A stretch of 64,000 nt of DNA from Nitrospirota bacterium (GTDB taxonomy: Bacteria > Nitrospirota > UBA9217), in the NCBI GenBank assembly GCA_963845065.1, contig CAWJQQ010000001.1, positions 320,001 to 384,000 of the forward strand. The letters run 5' to 3'. A program made the translations under genes and the position numbers. Position 1 is the stretch's first letter, and every line of letters starts with the position of its first letter. Below the pieces are notes generated by a model, which saw only the letters and a list, made by a program, of their open reading frames with translations, was not told the DNA's origin and made no database searches. Below, in pieces: positions 10,881 to 21,663 of the stretch.

Positions 10881-11465
10881 TCACTTCATTCTACGCTGCA
10901 CTTCCCGGTACCGGAAGCAATGGATTAAGTGATCGTTAACCATGCCTGCTGCCTGCATAAAGGCATAACAGATGGTGGATCCCACGAACTTGAAGCCCCG
11001 CTTCTTCAGGTCCCTGCTCATAGCGTCCGATTCTTCGGACATTGCCGGGATCTCGGTAATGCGGCGAAGCCGGTGCTGCACCGTCTTGTAGCCGGTAAAT
11101 TGCCAGATGTAGGCATCGAAGGACCCGAACTCCTGTTGGATCTGGAGAAACATTTTTGCGTTGGTTATCGTGGATTCGATCTTCAAACGGTTGCGGATTA
11201 TGCCGTCATCATTGAGGAGACGCTTAACGTCTTTTTCCGAATAACGGGCTACGACCTTCGGATCGAAACCGTGAAAGGCACGGCGGTAGTTTTCCCGTTT
11301 CCTGAGTACGGTGGACCAGGAGAGCCCTGCCTGCGCGCCGTCGAGTACGATATACTCGAACAGTTTTTGATCATCGTGAAGCGGGAGGCCCCACTCGGTG
11401 TCATGATAGGCGACCATGAGAGGATCATCGGAAGGCCAAGGACATCTTTTTGAGTTTTTTTGCAT
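10881..11465 (-). CDS. tag: DNA-3-methyladenine glycosylase I
   Basis: RCPW...YHDTEWG...QAGLSW...IIRNRLKI...GMVNDH..C. Confidence 0.93.
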   Translation of the reverse strand: MQKNSKRCPWPSDDPLMVAYHDTEWGLPLHDDQKLFEYIVLDGAQAGLSWSTVLRKRENYRRAFHGFDPKVVARYSEKDVKRLLNDDGIIRNRLKIESTITNAKMFLQIQQEFGSFDAYIWQFTGYKTVQHRLRRITEIPAMSEESDAMSRDLKKRGFKFVGSTICYAFMQAAGMVNDHLIHCFRYREVQRRMK

Positions 11466-11627
11466 TGGGGTTCTCTGAATGCCCGCTTTTGCGTGATCCA
11501 CCGCATTCCGTTAATTAGAAAGCACTCTTTAAGCCTCGTCACGCTCGAGCGTTTGCTTTATGACAGCCACCCTTTTGCTCCACGAGACGGAATTTGTCAA
11601 TGACTTTGAGACACCCCTCGTCCGAAT

Positions 11628-12647
11628 TTAGTGTACTTTTTCCTCGCTCAGAGGGACCGGTTTCGGTTTGTTAATCCAAACTGCAGCCGGTAATGAAGGA
11701 GGAACAGGCGCTTTCTTCACAAACCGTTCAGGATGTGCCTCATACGCGGTGAGAAGCACCTCGCCTCTGGCTTTTTGCACATCCTTCGCAAATCCGTAGT
11801 GGACGGACTCCGGCGTGTGCAGTCCGATGCCGGAGTGATGATGCTCTGTGTTATACCAGGGAAAGAAGATCTGACCGAAACTTCGGCTATCCTCGATGCA
11901 GCCGAATCGGTCGGGGAAGTCCGGCATATACTTGAGCGTCTTGAACTGAGACTCGGAAAATGGATTATCATCACTCGTATACGGTCTGCTGTGGGTCTTA
12001 GTGATGCCCAGATCGGCCAGGAGCAAGGCAACCGGCCTGGACCTCATGGACGAGCCACGGTCTGCGTGAATAGTGAGTTGTCCTTTTTCGATGTTCTGCT
12101 TTGCACAGGTTTCCTTGATGAGTCTTTCCGCCAATGCAGCCGATTCCGCAGGGGCGATCATCCAGCCGACGACGTAGCGGCTGAAGATGTCCAGGATCAC
12201 ATAGAGATAAAAATAGGTCCACTTTGCCGGGCCTAAAAGCTTGGTAATATCCCAGGACCAGACTTGGTTCGGTGCCATGGCCAAAAGCTCCGGCTTCTGA
12301 TACACAGGATGGGTGAGCTGGTTCCTGCGTTCCTTGACCTCCTGGTTTTCTTCAAGGATGCGGTACATGGTGCTTATAGAGCATTGATATGAGCCTTCAT
12401 CCAATAGGGTTGCGTAGACCTCCTGAGGCGCCTTGTCCACGAACCGATCAGAATGGAGGACGTCAAGCACTCCTTGCCGTTCGTCTGAAGACAGAGCACG
12501 CGGAGGGCTCGGACGTTTCAGCGGCTCCATGAGAGGCGCATTTTTCCGCGCCTGCGTCCGGTAGAACCCTGAACGAGGGATATCAAGCGATTCACATGCT
12601 GATTTGATCCCGACATCAGAGGAAAGAGTAAGAGCGGCTTCCATCAC
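11628..12647 (-). CDS. IS3-family transposase OrfB (rve DDE)
   Basis: WSWDIT...ILDIFSRYVVGW...HADRGS...DNPFSESQFKTLK. Confidence 0.92.
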   Translation of the reverse strand: MMEAALTLSSDVGIKSACESLDIPRSGFYRTQARKNAPLMEPLKRPSPPRALSSDERQGVLDVLHSDRFVDKAPQEVYATLLDEGSYQCSISTMYRILEENQEVKERRNQLTHPVYQKPELLAMAPNQVWSWDITKLLGPAKWTYFYLYVILDIFSRYVVGWMIAPAESAALAERLIKETCAKQNIEKGQLTIHADRGSSMRSRPVALLLADLGITKTHSRPYTSDDNPFSESQFKTLKYMPDFPDRFGCIEDSRSFGQIFFPWYNTEHHHSGIGLHTPESVHYGFAKDVQKARGEVLLTAYEAHPERFVKKAPVPPSLPAAVWINKPKPVPLSEEKVH

Positions 12648-13147
12648 TCGTTCTCTCCATTCTCGTCGGTCGCAATCGGGATCCCCAGAAGCTGTGATAT
12701 TTTTTTTTGAACGTCGTTGATGATTTCTGCCTTTCTGAGGCGATTGGTAAGCCGCTCATTCTCCTTGCGGAGCCTCTCGTTCTCTGCTGCAAGAGGATTG
12801 CGGACTGATTCCTTGCGACCCCGCTTCTTAGGCGCGAGGGCGGATAGTACGCCGCGGTCGCGCTGACGACGCCAGGTGTCGAGATTTGATGCATAGAGTC
12901 CCTCGTGGCGCAGGAGCTTGCCAAGGCATCCAGGTGTGTTGCAGGCATCGGCAAGCGTAAGGACGCGAAGCTTGTATTCAGCCGTAAAACGTCGCCGAGC
13001 GGCTTTAGCCGGAACCTCGGAGTCTGGCAGGATCGAAGGCGCACCTTGAGACGGATTGACTTCTTGCGGGGCTCCGCCCCAGGGAACCTCAGTCGCCCTA
13101 CGAGCTCCTTCGTATCCTTGGGTTGCTTTGATCTTTGCTGCTATCAT
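12644..13147 (-). CDS. IS3-family OrfA (HTH, coiled coil); A9 tract at 12700-12708 would fuse it to OrfB by -1 frameshift
   Basis: RRRFTAEYKLRVL...LLRHEGLY; the -1 frame after the A9 tract reads open into OrfB. Confidence 0.88.
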   Translation of the reverse strand: MIAAKIKATQGYEGARRATEVPWGGAPQEVNPSQGAPSILPDSEVPAKAARRRFTAEYKLRVLTLADACNTPGCLGKLLRHEGLYASNLDTWRRQRDRGVLSALAPKKRGRKESVRNPLAAENERLRKENERLTNRLRKAEIINDVQKKISQLLGIPIATDENGENE

Positions 13148-13907
13148 AATGATTTCTCCTCCCCGCCCTCTACTCTAATTTACCATAGGGGAGGTGTCTC
13201 AGTTATATTGACACAGAGGGAGAGCACGGATAGTCCCGACGACCCAATTAGGCAACACATCGGTGATCCAGACCAGCCGACTGTGTTTCTCGCTCTCAGC
13301 AAAGACCCGCATAGATGCGTTATGGTGTGTAGCGTCTCCCGACCGCAGCGTAGTCAAACCTGCGAGCTTCATTGTGAACATCAATGATCAACTCGCGCAC
13401 GATCACGTCGTTAGAAAAGGCCACGATTCTGGAGTCTCCCTCAAGGCGAACGTCGATAATGGATCCCGGCGCGAGGCGCCGGTGTACGGCACCAACATCG
13501 CGAACCGCCGACCTTTTGAGGGCGGGCCTCGATCAGGATTACTTTGTGAATAGACGCCACTGTATTGTTTTTTTGATAACATTATTATTAAATCTATTGA
13601 CAAATATATGCCTGATTTTTGGGCCTGTCAACGATGTCGAATGGATTTATCCTAGGTGAACGTTAACGAATTTGGAATGAAATCCAAATTGTGCAATCGT
13701 CATTTAATTTAGGATGGATAATTTACTAGTAGTTACGATCGATATTCTTCACATCAATCAAATTAAAATCTCTGTGAGTTGTACCTACAATCTTGCACAG
13801 GCACTTGATAAAAAACGCTTAATGAATACAACTTGGAAATCTGCATCAACGCCCCAAGCCCAGCGTACGGACACGAGTGCAGTGAGTGGCCGTTCCGCAG
13901 GAGTGCC

Positions 13908-14290
13908 TTATTGGGCGACATCATCGCCATGTGGCACGCATCCCAAGGGCGTACCCAAATACAGTAAAAATCTGATGAACAAAAAAAGAAATAGAGCAGG
14001 CCAGAATATAAATTCAAGTGATATTACCACTGCGAGCGCCAATACCAGAATGTATCTAATCAACACGTCGATCTGATTGGCAACGTATGAGATGACTCCA
14101 ATTATTCCTGTGCTATGTGTTCCAGACAGGATATTGAGCTGTCGCATAATGAAACTGTTTGGCAGCTCTGAAAGCATTACTGCCAATCCCGCTAAAAATT
14201 CGAAAAGAATATGGCCGTGGTAGGTTGATGAAGCCACGCTGTCCGCGGGTCACGCAGTTAAACGGGTCTATAAAACGGGTAATTTCAAAT
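13908..14290 (-). pseudogene. Degenerate CDP-archaeol-synthase (CarS)-like membrane protein remnant
   Basis: GLAVMLSELPNSFIMRQLNI...NQID motif; upstream part lies in another frame. Confidence 0.4.
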
Positions 14291-14440
14291 ATTAATACGT
14301 TGGTAAAAATTGTTAGTTTCTTTATATGATCAAGGAGTTTACATATACTCACCTGAATCATACTTTTATCCCATTGACATTAACAAATAGTTGCGCTTTC
14401 TTTAAACTATGAGAAGTAATTTCAAAGAGGGAGAACTATC

Positions 14441-14992
14441 ATGGCAAAACAAGAAGGCAAAATAGACATGCAAGCGATCATGGAAATATACAAGAAAGTG
14501 GGAACGCCAGGCGAGCCTCATAAACTACTGGCGAAACTGAAGGGAAGTTGGACGACCAGGACTAGGGGTTGGATGGAGCCCGACAAGCCGCCGATAGACT
14601 CGACCGGGACGTGCGAACAGAAGCTGGTCCTTGATGGGCATTACCTGCAGCAGGTCTATACTGGCGATATGTTGGGACTCCCATTCACTGGCATAAACCT
14701 CCTGGGACACAATAACCATACCGGGAAGTATGTGTCGGTCTGGCTCGATTCAATGAGCACCGCCATCTATTATTTTGAGGGGACTGCAAGCGCAGATGGC
14801 AAGACCATTACGCAGGAATGCAGCTATGACGACCCGGTAAGGGGCCCCTCAGTCTGGCGCAGCGTGACCAGGATCAGGGACAATAATACCCTGGAGTTCG
14901 AGATGTTCATTACCACTAAGGGAGGCAAGGAAGAGAAGATGATGGAGATGACGGTTTCACGAAAGGAAGCCGTCGCTCGCAAAGCAGCATAG
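14441..14992 (+). CDS. DUF1579-family protein
   Basis: TPGEPHKLLAKLKGSW...KYVSVWLDSMST. Confidence 0.85.
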   Translation: MAKQEGKIDMQAIMEIYKKVGTPGEPHKLLAKLKGSWTTRTRGWMEPDKPPIDSTGTCEQKLVLDGHYLQQVYTGDMLGLPFTGINLLGHNNHTGKYVSVWLDSMSTAIYYFEGTASADGKTITQECSYDDPVRGPSVWRSVTRIRDNNTLEFEMFITTKGGKEEKMMEMTVSRKEAVARKAA

Positions 14993-15710
14993 GGCTGGCT
15001 ACTTTGGGGGACGTTATTCCTATTTTTTCTTAGTTGCTTTCTTATAGTGGCTAGTAGCGCTGAAAGTGAAAGATAAGCAACGAGTGAAACAACGTCCCAG
15101 TGCCTATAAGTTTCTGAAGTAACAATAACAAATCCTTGCATCATAATCTCCCTAATAAGGCTCTTGGCAGCGTTAATACTTTCAGAATGCTTTTTCAAGA
15201 ATTATCTTTCAGTCTCTTCGAGGTACGTCAACTACAGCTAGTTCAGGAAGAAGGTCGCATCGCATGTTTCAATGGCAATTCTGTACCTCAGTTCATATAA
15301 TATGAAACTCGACATCACCTACAAGCTTGGATTTGTATTTGATAAAAACGGTTGCAGAGAGGCCATAAGCGGGACAGGAAAGTTGACAGGGTTGAAGGGA
15401 ACGGGTACGCTTCATATCAAAGCAGTCTCACCGACAGACAGGAATTTTATTCTTGAAGGTGGATTAGTTTCTCCTTAATGACCCGGAACAATGAAAAGCA
15501 AGATCACAAAACAAGGGAGGAATAAACTTACTCCTCCCATTTTGAAAGTATTAACGCATGTTATTTAACTATGCCTTGATCACGAGCAACGCGCAATAAG
15601 CGATGCCGGGAAGGGTGCAGGCCTGATCGGTTTCAACGTGATTTAATTATCACGTTAAAGGCTATGATATTATCGCTGTCACAGCCTTTTAGGAACAAAA
15701 AGGAGAGGAA

Positions 15711-16400
15711 ATGAATAAAATCGGTTATTTTGATGCCAAGCTTTTTAAATTTCTGAGTCAGCTCAAGAAAAACAATAACCGGGAATGGTTTCAGAAAAAC
15801 AAGTCACGATATGAGCAGGACGTGCGTGACCCACTTCTCCGCTTCATCGTGGACTTCGCAACGCCGTTGCATAAAATCAGCAAACACTTTACCGCCGATC
15901 CGCGTCCAATCGGCGGGTCTCTATTCCGCATTTACCGAGATACACGTTTTTCTAAAGATAAGAGCCCCTATAAGACAATGGCTGCAGCTCACTTTCGCCA
16001 CGAAGCCGCTGGGGATGTGCACGCGCCGGGATTTTACCTGCATCTTGAACCGACCGACGTCTCCCTTGCAGCCGGCATCTGGCAGCCCGACAGTGATACG
16101 CTCGCGAAAATCCGTCAGGCAATCGTTTCTCATTCGGAAAGATGGGAACAAGTTACCTCTGGGAAGACATTCAAAAGAACATGGATTTTTTGGGGCGAGA
16201 AACTCAAACGTCCGCCGGCGGGATTCGACCCCAAACATGCTTTCATTGAGGACATTAAACGGAAGGATTTTGTCGTGGTTCACGCGCTTACCGAAAAGGA
16301 TGCGTGCGATAACGGCTTCCTGGATCGGACCGCAGACCTTTACAAAACAGCCGCGCCATTCGTGAAGTTTCTCACCGAGGCAGTGGGGCTAGAATACTGA
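15711..16400 (+). CDS. DUF2461 / TIGR02453-family protein
   Basis: LKKNNNREWF...FRIYRDTRFSKDKSPYK...PGFYLHL. Confidence 0.9.
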   Translation: MNKIGYFDAKLFKFLSQLKKNNNREWFQKNKSRYEQDVRDPLLRFIVDFATPLHKISKHFTADPRPIGGSLFRIYRDTRFSKDKSPYKTMAAAHFRHEAAGDVHAPGFYLHLEPTDVSLAAGIWQPDSDTLAKIRQAIVSHSERWEQVTSGKTFKRTWIFWGEKLKRPPAGFDPKHAFIEDIKRKDFVVVHALTEKDACDNGFLDRTADLYKTAAPFVKFLTEAVGLEY

Positions 16401-16927
16401 CGAGTAAGACCATGTCTCATCGTTAACTTCTCTGCGTGAATAGTTGAGTATTTGCGGCGAAGCATTAATATACTTTTTGAGTGCTCTAGCCACGGAGGGA
16501 TGTAAAGTCTCCCCTTTTTTATACGCCCTGCACGATAATATGGGCAAGGATGGGTAGATTCGATTGAAGAATTCAACATGAAACTTACACATTTTCAAGT
16601 CATGCGTTTGGTGCATAATTCAGGAGGATTTATCTCAGTATTTCGAAAAATGTTAAATCCGCTTGATTCAGGATGGGGTGTTGACAGAAAACTTTGTCAC
16701 AAAATGCAATGATACAAAATGAATTCTGCACTTTCGCTAATAGTATATGAATCTCGACTTCACCTACTTTCTTGCAAGGCATACCGCTTATACGGCAAAA
16801 CTATACCTGTAGATGAATACCGGCCTAGTAGGCCACCCGGGCTGTCGTCTTCTCATATCATATCGGCTATCTACAATTGGAATCTACAAGGTGTCGATTT
16901 TACACCCTCCTCAGAGATATTGTTTAC

Positions 16928-18608
16928 CAAACTATCCGCAGAAAGCCCCTGGTTTTAACCATGGGGATGAAAGCGGGAACTTTGTTTTTCAGCAATTGCT
17001 GGACAAATGTATATCTATATGGTATAGTTGAGCAATCAATGCCAGATAAACTTAAAACTCCAACATTTATCCACGAGTTTCAACTCGTAACAACCCCAAA
17101 AGACAATCGAATGCTTAATGTCCGACTCGAAGCTGGCCGTTATCTATATAATGCCTGTCTTGGTGAAGCGATGAAACGTCTTGCCGCCATGCGTAGCTCT
17201 AAAAAATGGCGTTCAGCGATCAAGAAGAAAAAAAGCAAGCTTAGCACCAAGATGTTTAAGACAGCCAGAAACAAGGCTGAATATACCGAATACCACATTC
17301 ACAACTACGTCGGTATCCTACGTAACTCCTGCTGGATCGGTGACCACATTGACAGCCTGGCCGCCCAAAAGATAGCGACCAGGTCGTTTAATGCCGTTGC
17401 TGACTACGAGTTCGGGAAGCATGGGAAACCACGGTTCAAGCGTCGTGGCTGGATGTCTTCGCTCGAAGGCAAAAACAACAAGTCTGGTATTCGGTGGTGC
17501 GATGACCATGTTGAATGGTCTGGACTTAGCCTTACCTGTGTCTTCGACAAAAAAGACAAGTTTGGCGTTCAGGCACATGCACTTAGCCATGATGTTAAAT
17601 ATGTTCGTTTGGTGAAGAAAACCATCTGCGGTAACGCCTGCTGGTTCGCCCAACTCGTGCTTAAAGGCACGGCCAGGATCAAGCGTGAAAACCAGATTGG
17701 CACCGAAACCGTCGGCCTTGATATTGGCCCATCCACGGGTGCTATCGTTAGCGATACCGATGCGTTGCTCGTAGCATTTTGTCCGGAAGTCGAGATTCCG
17801 TACAAACAAATCCGCGTGGTTCAGCGTAAGATGGCCAGAAGCCTGAGGGCTGCCAACCCGGACAACTACAACGAAGACGGCACGACTAAGACTGGTGCCG
17901 GCAAGGGTAAAAAGCGGTGGATATTCTCTGCTAAATACCGTGCGCTTAAGGCTGAACTAGCCGAGCTACAGCGAGTTTTGGCTGAAACCAGAAAACGGGC
18001 TCATGGCAAGTTAGCCAATGAAATTCTTAAGCTCGGAACCAACATAAAGACCGAGAAACTGTCGTACAGAGCATTCCAGAAACTCTATGGTAAAAGTATT
18101 TCAAGACGCGCTCCGGGGATGTTTATTTCGATGCTTCGCCGCAAAGCCGAAAACGCTGGCGGTAAAGTAACTGAATTTTCTACCCGGAGCACGAAGCTTT
18201 CAGAGACATGCCACTGCGGGGAAGTAGCCAAAAAACCGCTCTCTCAACGGTGGCATGACTGCAACTGCGGGGTAAACACTCAACGCGATCTCTACTCCGC
18301 ATATCTTGCAAAATATGTTTTTGAAAATGTCCTCGACACGCGTCAAGCCGCAGCAGCTTGGCCGGGTGCAAACCTGCTCCTGGAACGGGCGGTGTAGAGG
18401 GTGCAGTTTGAAGCGGCAAATGGTCGGATTCATCCGGCCAGCTTCGGTATTAACAACATGAGAGCCAACACCACGAACCGGAGACAGAGTTGCTTGCCCG
18501 TTAAAAACGGATCAACGATAGTCGATGCCGGCAACGTCTGTATTGTTGCCGAAAAGCCTGTCGGTATTGCCGTTAGAACCCCCTGTCTTTAGACATGGGG
18601 TAGGTCAG
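16928..18608 (+). mobile_element. IS200/IS605-family tnpB-only (non-autonomous) element with IS608-like ends
   Basis: TTAC|caaactatccgcagAAAGcccctggttttaaccatgggg left end; GAACcccctgtctttagacatggggtaggTCAG| right end; no tnpA. Confidence 0.88.
17039..18397 (+). CDS. tnpB: TnpB RNA-guided endonuclease
   Basis: RuvC-I GLDIG, RuvC-II KTEKL, zinc ribbon CHCG..CNCG, RuvC-III QRDLYSA; ATG at 17039 lies inside the element. Confidence 0.9.
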   Translation: MPDKLKTPTFIHEFQLVTTPKDNRMLNVRLEAGRYLYNACLGEAMKRLAAMRSSKKWRSAIKKKKSKLSTKMFKTARNKAEYTEYHIHNYVGILRNSCWIGDHIDSLAAQKIATRSFNAVADYEFGKHGKPRFKRRGWMSSLEGKNNKSGIRWCDDHVEWSGLSLTCVFDKKDKFGVQAHALSHDVKYVRLVKKTICGNACWFAQLVLKGTARIKRENQIGTETVGLDIGPSTGAIVSDTDALLVAFCPEVEIPYKQIRVVQRKMARSLRAANPDNYNEDGTTKTGAGKGKKRWIFSAKYRALKAELAELQRVLAETRKRAHGKLANEILKLGTNIKTEKLSYRAFQKLYGKSISRRAPGMFISMLRRKAENAGGKVTEFSTRSTKLSETCHCGEVAKKPLSQRWHDCNCGVNTQRDLYSAYLAKYVFENVLDTRQAAAAWPGANLLLERAV

Positions 18609-18628
18609 GTAATCAACTCATCCCCAAG
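18350..18628 (+). ncRNA. Predicted omegaRNA/reRNA; scaffold ends at 18608, guide from 18609; 5' end approximate
   Basis: ~210-nt non-coding gap between the tnpB stop and the right-end hairpin, as expected for TnpB elements. Confidence 0.55.
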
Positions 18629-18684
18629 CTGAGAAGGGACTTTTTGATCCAGCGCTGTTCGCTAACGTAGAGATAAAGGACGTA

Positions 18685-19656
18685 TCATTCCTTAACCGGT
18701 GTCCAAGTCTCATCTGGATCGTACGATTGCATCGCCTGAGTAATCTTCATAGTGTCTGGTCCGAGATTTTTCTGAAAAACCTTGCCTTGCTGGTTGACGA
18801 TAAGGGTCATCACCCCCGACTTGCCCCAGTCTGATGGAAATGCAACCAGGCCGAAGCCACCGACCATGTTGCCATTAATGATGTAATTGTACTTTCCGCC
18901 CGGGGCATGCTCTCCCTGCTTTGTCAGAATCTTGAAATAGTACCCATGAAACGGCGTCGGCTGTTCCTTGAACAGAGACTTTCCCTTTTTATAGCCCTCA
19001 ATCCTGGCCTGTGCCACGAGTTCACCCAAGGGGCTCATCGCATCGCCTGGCACGCGCCTCCAGAAGAGACCATTCTTCTTGCCGGGATCACTCCGTAGTT
19101 TCTGTGCATACGCAAGTATGCCGTCACCATCCCAGTCTTTCAGGACATACTCGCGCTGTGCCTTGACGTAGGTGTGGCAGACCAGTATGGCAGTGAGCTC
19201 GTTCTCACCGACCCTGCGGTTCAGGATCTCTTCTTTGCCAGCTACCGTATCAAAGAACCATTGGTCATCCTTTTTTACTAAGGGAATCGGGAATGGCCAG
19301 TTCTCGTTGCCTATGTAAATGATCACCTTTGAATCATTCTCTTTCACGAGGCTTGTCTTCTCTGCTATGTGTTTGGCAAATTTCTCAAAGTCGGTGGCAG
19401 CCTGCACCTTGTCATTAGAGCCAAGGTCTTTTGCGAAAGGTCCGAATATCTGATCGAGAGCAGCCTTGTCTTTTGCCTTAACAGCCTCAATGAGTCCTTT
19501 CAAAGCATCTTCGGGAGAGGAAAAAAGTTTTTGCGATGCTGCCGCAATAAGCGGCATGCTCAAGACAACGACCGACACTGCGGTTATCAATAGGGCAGCA
19601 ATAAAAATCATACCTCGTGATGAAAGAGATATGGTTTTCTGTTGAATTGTTTCCAT
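18685..19656 (-). CDS. DUF2950-family protein
   Basis: WPFPIPLVK...EEILNRRVGENEL...PFHGYYFKIL...GVMTLIVN. Confidence 0.9.
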   Translation of the reverse strand: METIQQKTISLSSRGMIFIAALLITAVSVVVLSMPLIAAASQKLFSSPEDALKGLIEAVKAKDKAALDQIFGPFAKDLGSNDKVQAATDFEKFAKHIAEKTSLVKENDSKVIIYIGNENWPFPIPLVKKDDQWFFDTVAGKEEILNRRVGENELTAILVCHTYVKAQREYVLKDWDGDGILAYAQKLRSDPGKKNGLFWRRVPGDAMSPLGELVAQARIEGYKKGKSLFKEQPTPFHGYYFKILTKQGEHAPGGKYNYIINGNMVGGFGLVAFPSDWGKSGVMTLIVNQQGKVFQKNLGPDTMKITQAMQSYDPDETWTPVKE

Positions 19657-19718
19657 AGTTTTCTCCCTGTTTAAATGCGATTTAGCTGAACACGGTTGAA
19701 GCAAATCCGTTGTGGCTT

Positions 19719-21101
19719 CTAGCGTTGTCTTCCCCTAGAGGCATTCCCAAATGCAGGAGCACTGCCATGGCTCACTGGGACAGAGGAAGAGTGAGCACTC
19801 TCACTGCTCTGGCGACTGGTCTGGCCACGAAGACTCTGCTCCCTAGCCTCATTAGCTCCTCGGTACCCACCAAAAGTGACCGAAGGTGTTCTTTCAGGCT
19901 GCGTGCGCTCGACACCAGGAGTGGGCTGATTGAAGCCGCTGCTAACACGTGGAGTCGGCGGTGTTGGTTGTTGGCTGACACCCAGAGTCGGCATAATCGG
20001 TCGCTCAGTGATACTGGGAATAGGGGGTGCTGGTCTTTGTCTGATACGTTGAGCTGGCGATGTCGAAAATTGGTTCACAGTACCACGACTTTCCCTGCCG
20101 CGATTGCTGTATGCATTAGTATCGCTCTGAGGACCGTACATCCCTTCCGAGGTCCCAGTCCGTATTGTAGAGCCCCCTATGACTTCAGTTGTGCGCGCAT
20201 ACCAGCCCGCATTAAGACCACTGGGGTGTGATGCCAGGTATCTTGCGGGATCGCCATGTGATGGGTCATGCCTCCATGTCTGATGTATGTCGGGCCTACT
20301 ACTGTTGATATAAACATTCGTTACGTGAACGTAGGGCCTTGCATTATTGACCCAGCCAGGGCGATTCCAGCCATGATAAATTATATTGTTGAGACCCCAT
20401 TCAAAGTCCATATCAAGCCAACCTCCGATTGCCAGACGGAAGTGAAAGGTAATGAAAGGAGGCATGCCTGGAGACCGTCTTCGGTAATACACAATCAAAG
20501 GATCATACTGAGGGACGTATATATACTCAGGTTGCGCCGGAATGATCTCGATATTCCCTTCGTCGGAAATGACACTTTGTTCATTGGTACTCATCAGATT
20601 GCCGGCGTCCCATGCCTGCTGCCTGAGTCGTTGTATAGAACTTGTTACGTCTTCTGGCTGGTTGAGAAAGGCGTCTCCCAGGTTGGCAGTCCAATCCATA
20701 TTCTCAGCCATCATTTTAAGAATGTTGGGGTAGTGGGCAATCGCCTTGACGGACTCATCCCAGGTCTGCTCATCAATACCTGACACATCCCCACCGCTGT
20801 TTAACCACGCTTCCGCATCGGCAATCTCTGTCGGATATGTCGAAGCTGGCAGCATCTGGGCCAATAGCGGGTCCGGGTAGAGAGCAATGCGCGCAAGGAG
20901 GTTATTAAGATCATCATTAGTGAATGATATTGAGTATGTCAGGTCCTGGTCATCCGCCCAGGCCTGAACAGACAGAAGCGTCGGAATGCACACAACAAAT
21001 GCAAGCAAAAATTCCTTTATGAAGTTCCTATTCACGGGCGCAGCTCCTTCCTCTATTTCTTTTGGGGTCGCTCGCACCTGTTTCTCGTCAATTTTTTTCA
21101 T
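19719..21101 (-). CDS. DUF3300-domain protein with Pro/Arg/Ser-rich tail
   Basis: IALYPDPLLAQMLPASTYP...IYVPQYDP; usual partner of DUF2950. Confidence 0.9.
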   Translation of the reverse strand: MKKIDEKQVRATPKEIEEGAAPVNRNFIKEFLLAFVVCIPTLLSVQAWADDQDLTYSISFTNDDLNNLLARIALYPDPLLAQMLPASTYPTEIADAEAWLNSGGDVSGIDEQTWDESVKAIAHYPNILKMMAENMDWTANLGDAFLNQPEDVTSSIQRLRQQAWDAGNLMSTNEQSVISDEGNIEIIPAQPEYIYVPQYDPLIVYYRRRSPGMPPFITFHFRLAIGGWLDMDFEWGLNNIIYHGWNRPGWVNNARPYVHVTNVYINSSRPDIHQTWRHDPSHGDPARYLASHPSGLNAGWYARTTEVIGGSTIRTGTSEGMYGPQSDTNAYSNRGRESRGTVNQFSTSPAQRIRQRPAPPIPSITERPIMPTLGVSQQPTPPTPRVSSGFNQPTPGVERTQPERTPSVTFGGYRGANEAREQSLRGQTSRQSSESAHSSSVPVSHGSAPAFGNASRGRQR

Positions 21102-21377
21102 AGCAAATAGAATTTGTTCACAAGCAGTGCAGACGTCTCATACTGGAATCAGTTTGCAATTTATACTTAATGCCAATATACATTATTTGACACGATTTGA
21201 CATGAAAAGTTGCACGGGTTTGTTCTTTTTTATTTTCATAGTATCATTTAATGTACACTAATATATTCTACATGAAATATGCACTATTCTCAAAATTAAT
21301 CCTGAATCCGGCGTGAACCATAAGAGTAAGCGTCAATATCGTCAATAAAAGTGCATCGAATTAAGTTAAATGGCCGA

Positions 21378-21414
21378 CGGAATCAAACCTAATTAAAAAT
21401 TAGGTTTGATTCCG
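21378..21414. repeat. Perfect 17-bp inverted repeat with 3-nt loop in a divergent intergenic region
   Basis: cggaatcaaacctaatt-aaa-aattaggtttgattccg. Confidence 0.85.
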
Positions 21415-21663
21415 AAATCATTTTATCAGCAAATTTTAAATTTGACGCAGTTTGAATCGACATTTCAGTTCAATCAATACCTCGGATTCAGGTTAATATT
21501 TGTGCTGGCTACAGGAAGAAGGGTGCACCACAGCTCTCTCTTCTTTTTTCTCTTATTTGTGGAGGCTCTATCAGGTTGAGATTTGGAATAAGCCGGGCCA
21601 ACACGGAAAGGGGGGAAGTATAGATGTATAATATATAAGAGAAGAAAGGCATCATGAAACGTC

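Larger units (their letters stand above)
11588..13220 (-). mobile_element. IS3-family insertion sequence
   Basis: IR cores tgtcaatgactttgagacacc / tgtcaatataactgagacacc; 3-bp AGA duplication outside 11588 and 13220; ends uncertain by a few bp. Confidence 0.85.
11529..13560 (-). pseudogene. SRPBCC/polyketide-cyclase family pseudogene split by IS3 (parts 13221-13560 and 11529-11587)
   Basis: Frameshifted pieces MASIHKVILIEARPQKV / AVRDVGAVHRRLAPG...VRELIIDV / HHNASMRVFAE...LVWITDVLP / VAVIKQTLERDEA*. Confidence 0.7.

Noticed and set aside
14993..15480. Small ORFs 14824-15198 and 15272-15478
   Set aside because: Look like gene fragments; no family could be supported
16780..16860. ggcaaaac plus hairpin as a c-di-GMP riboswitch
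   Set aside because: The GAAA tetraloop stem and downstream consensus are missing
16877..17038. N-terminal extension of TnpB in the ORF track
   Set aside because: Crosses the element's left end; the real start is likely ATG 17039
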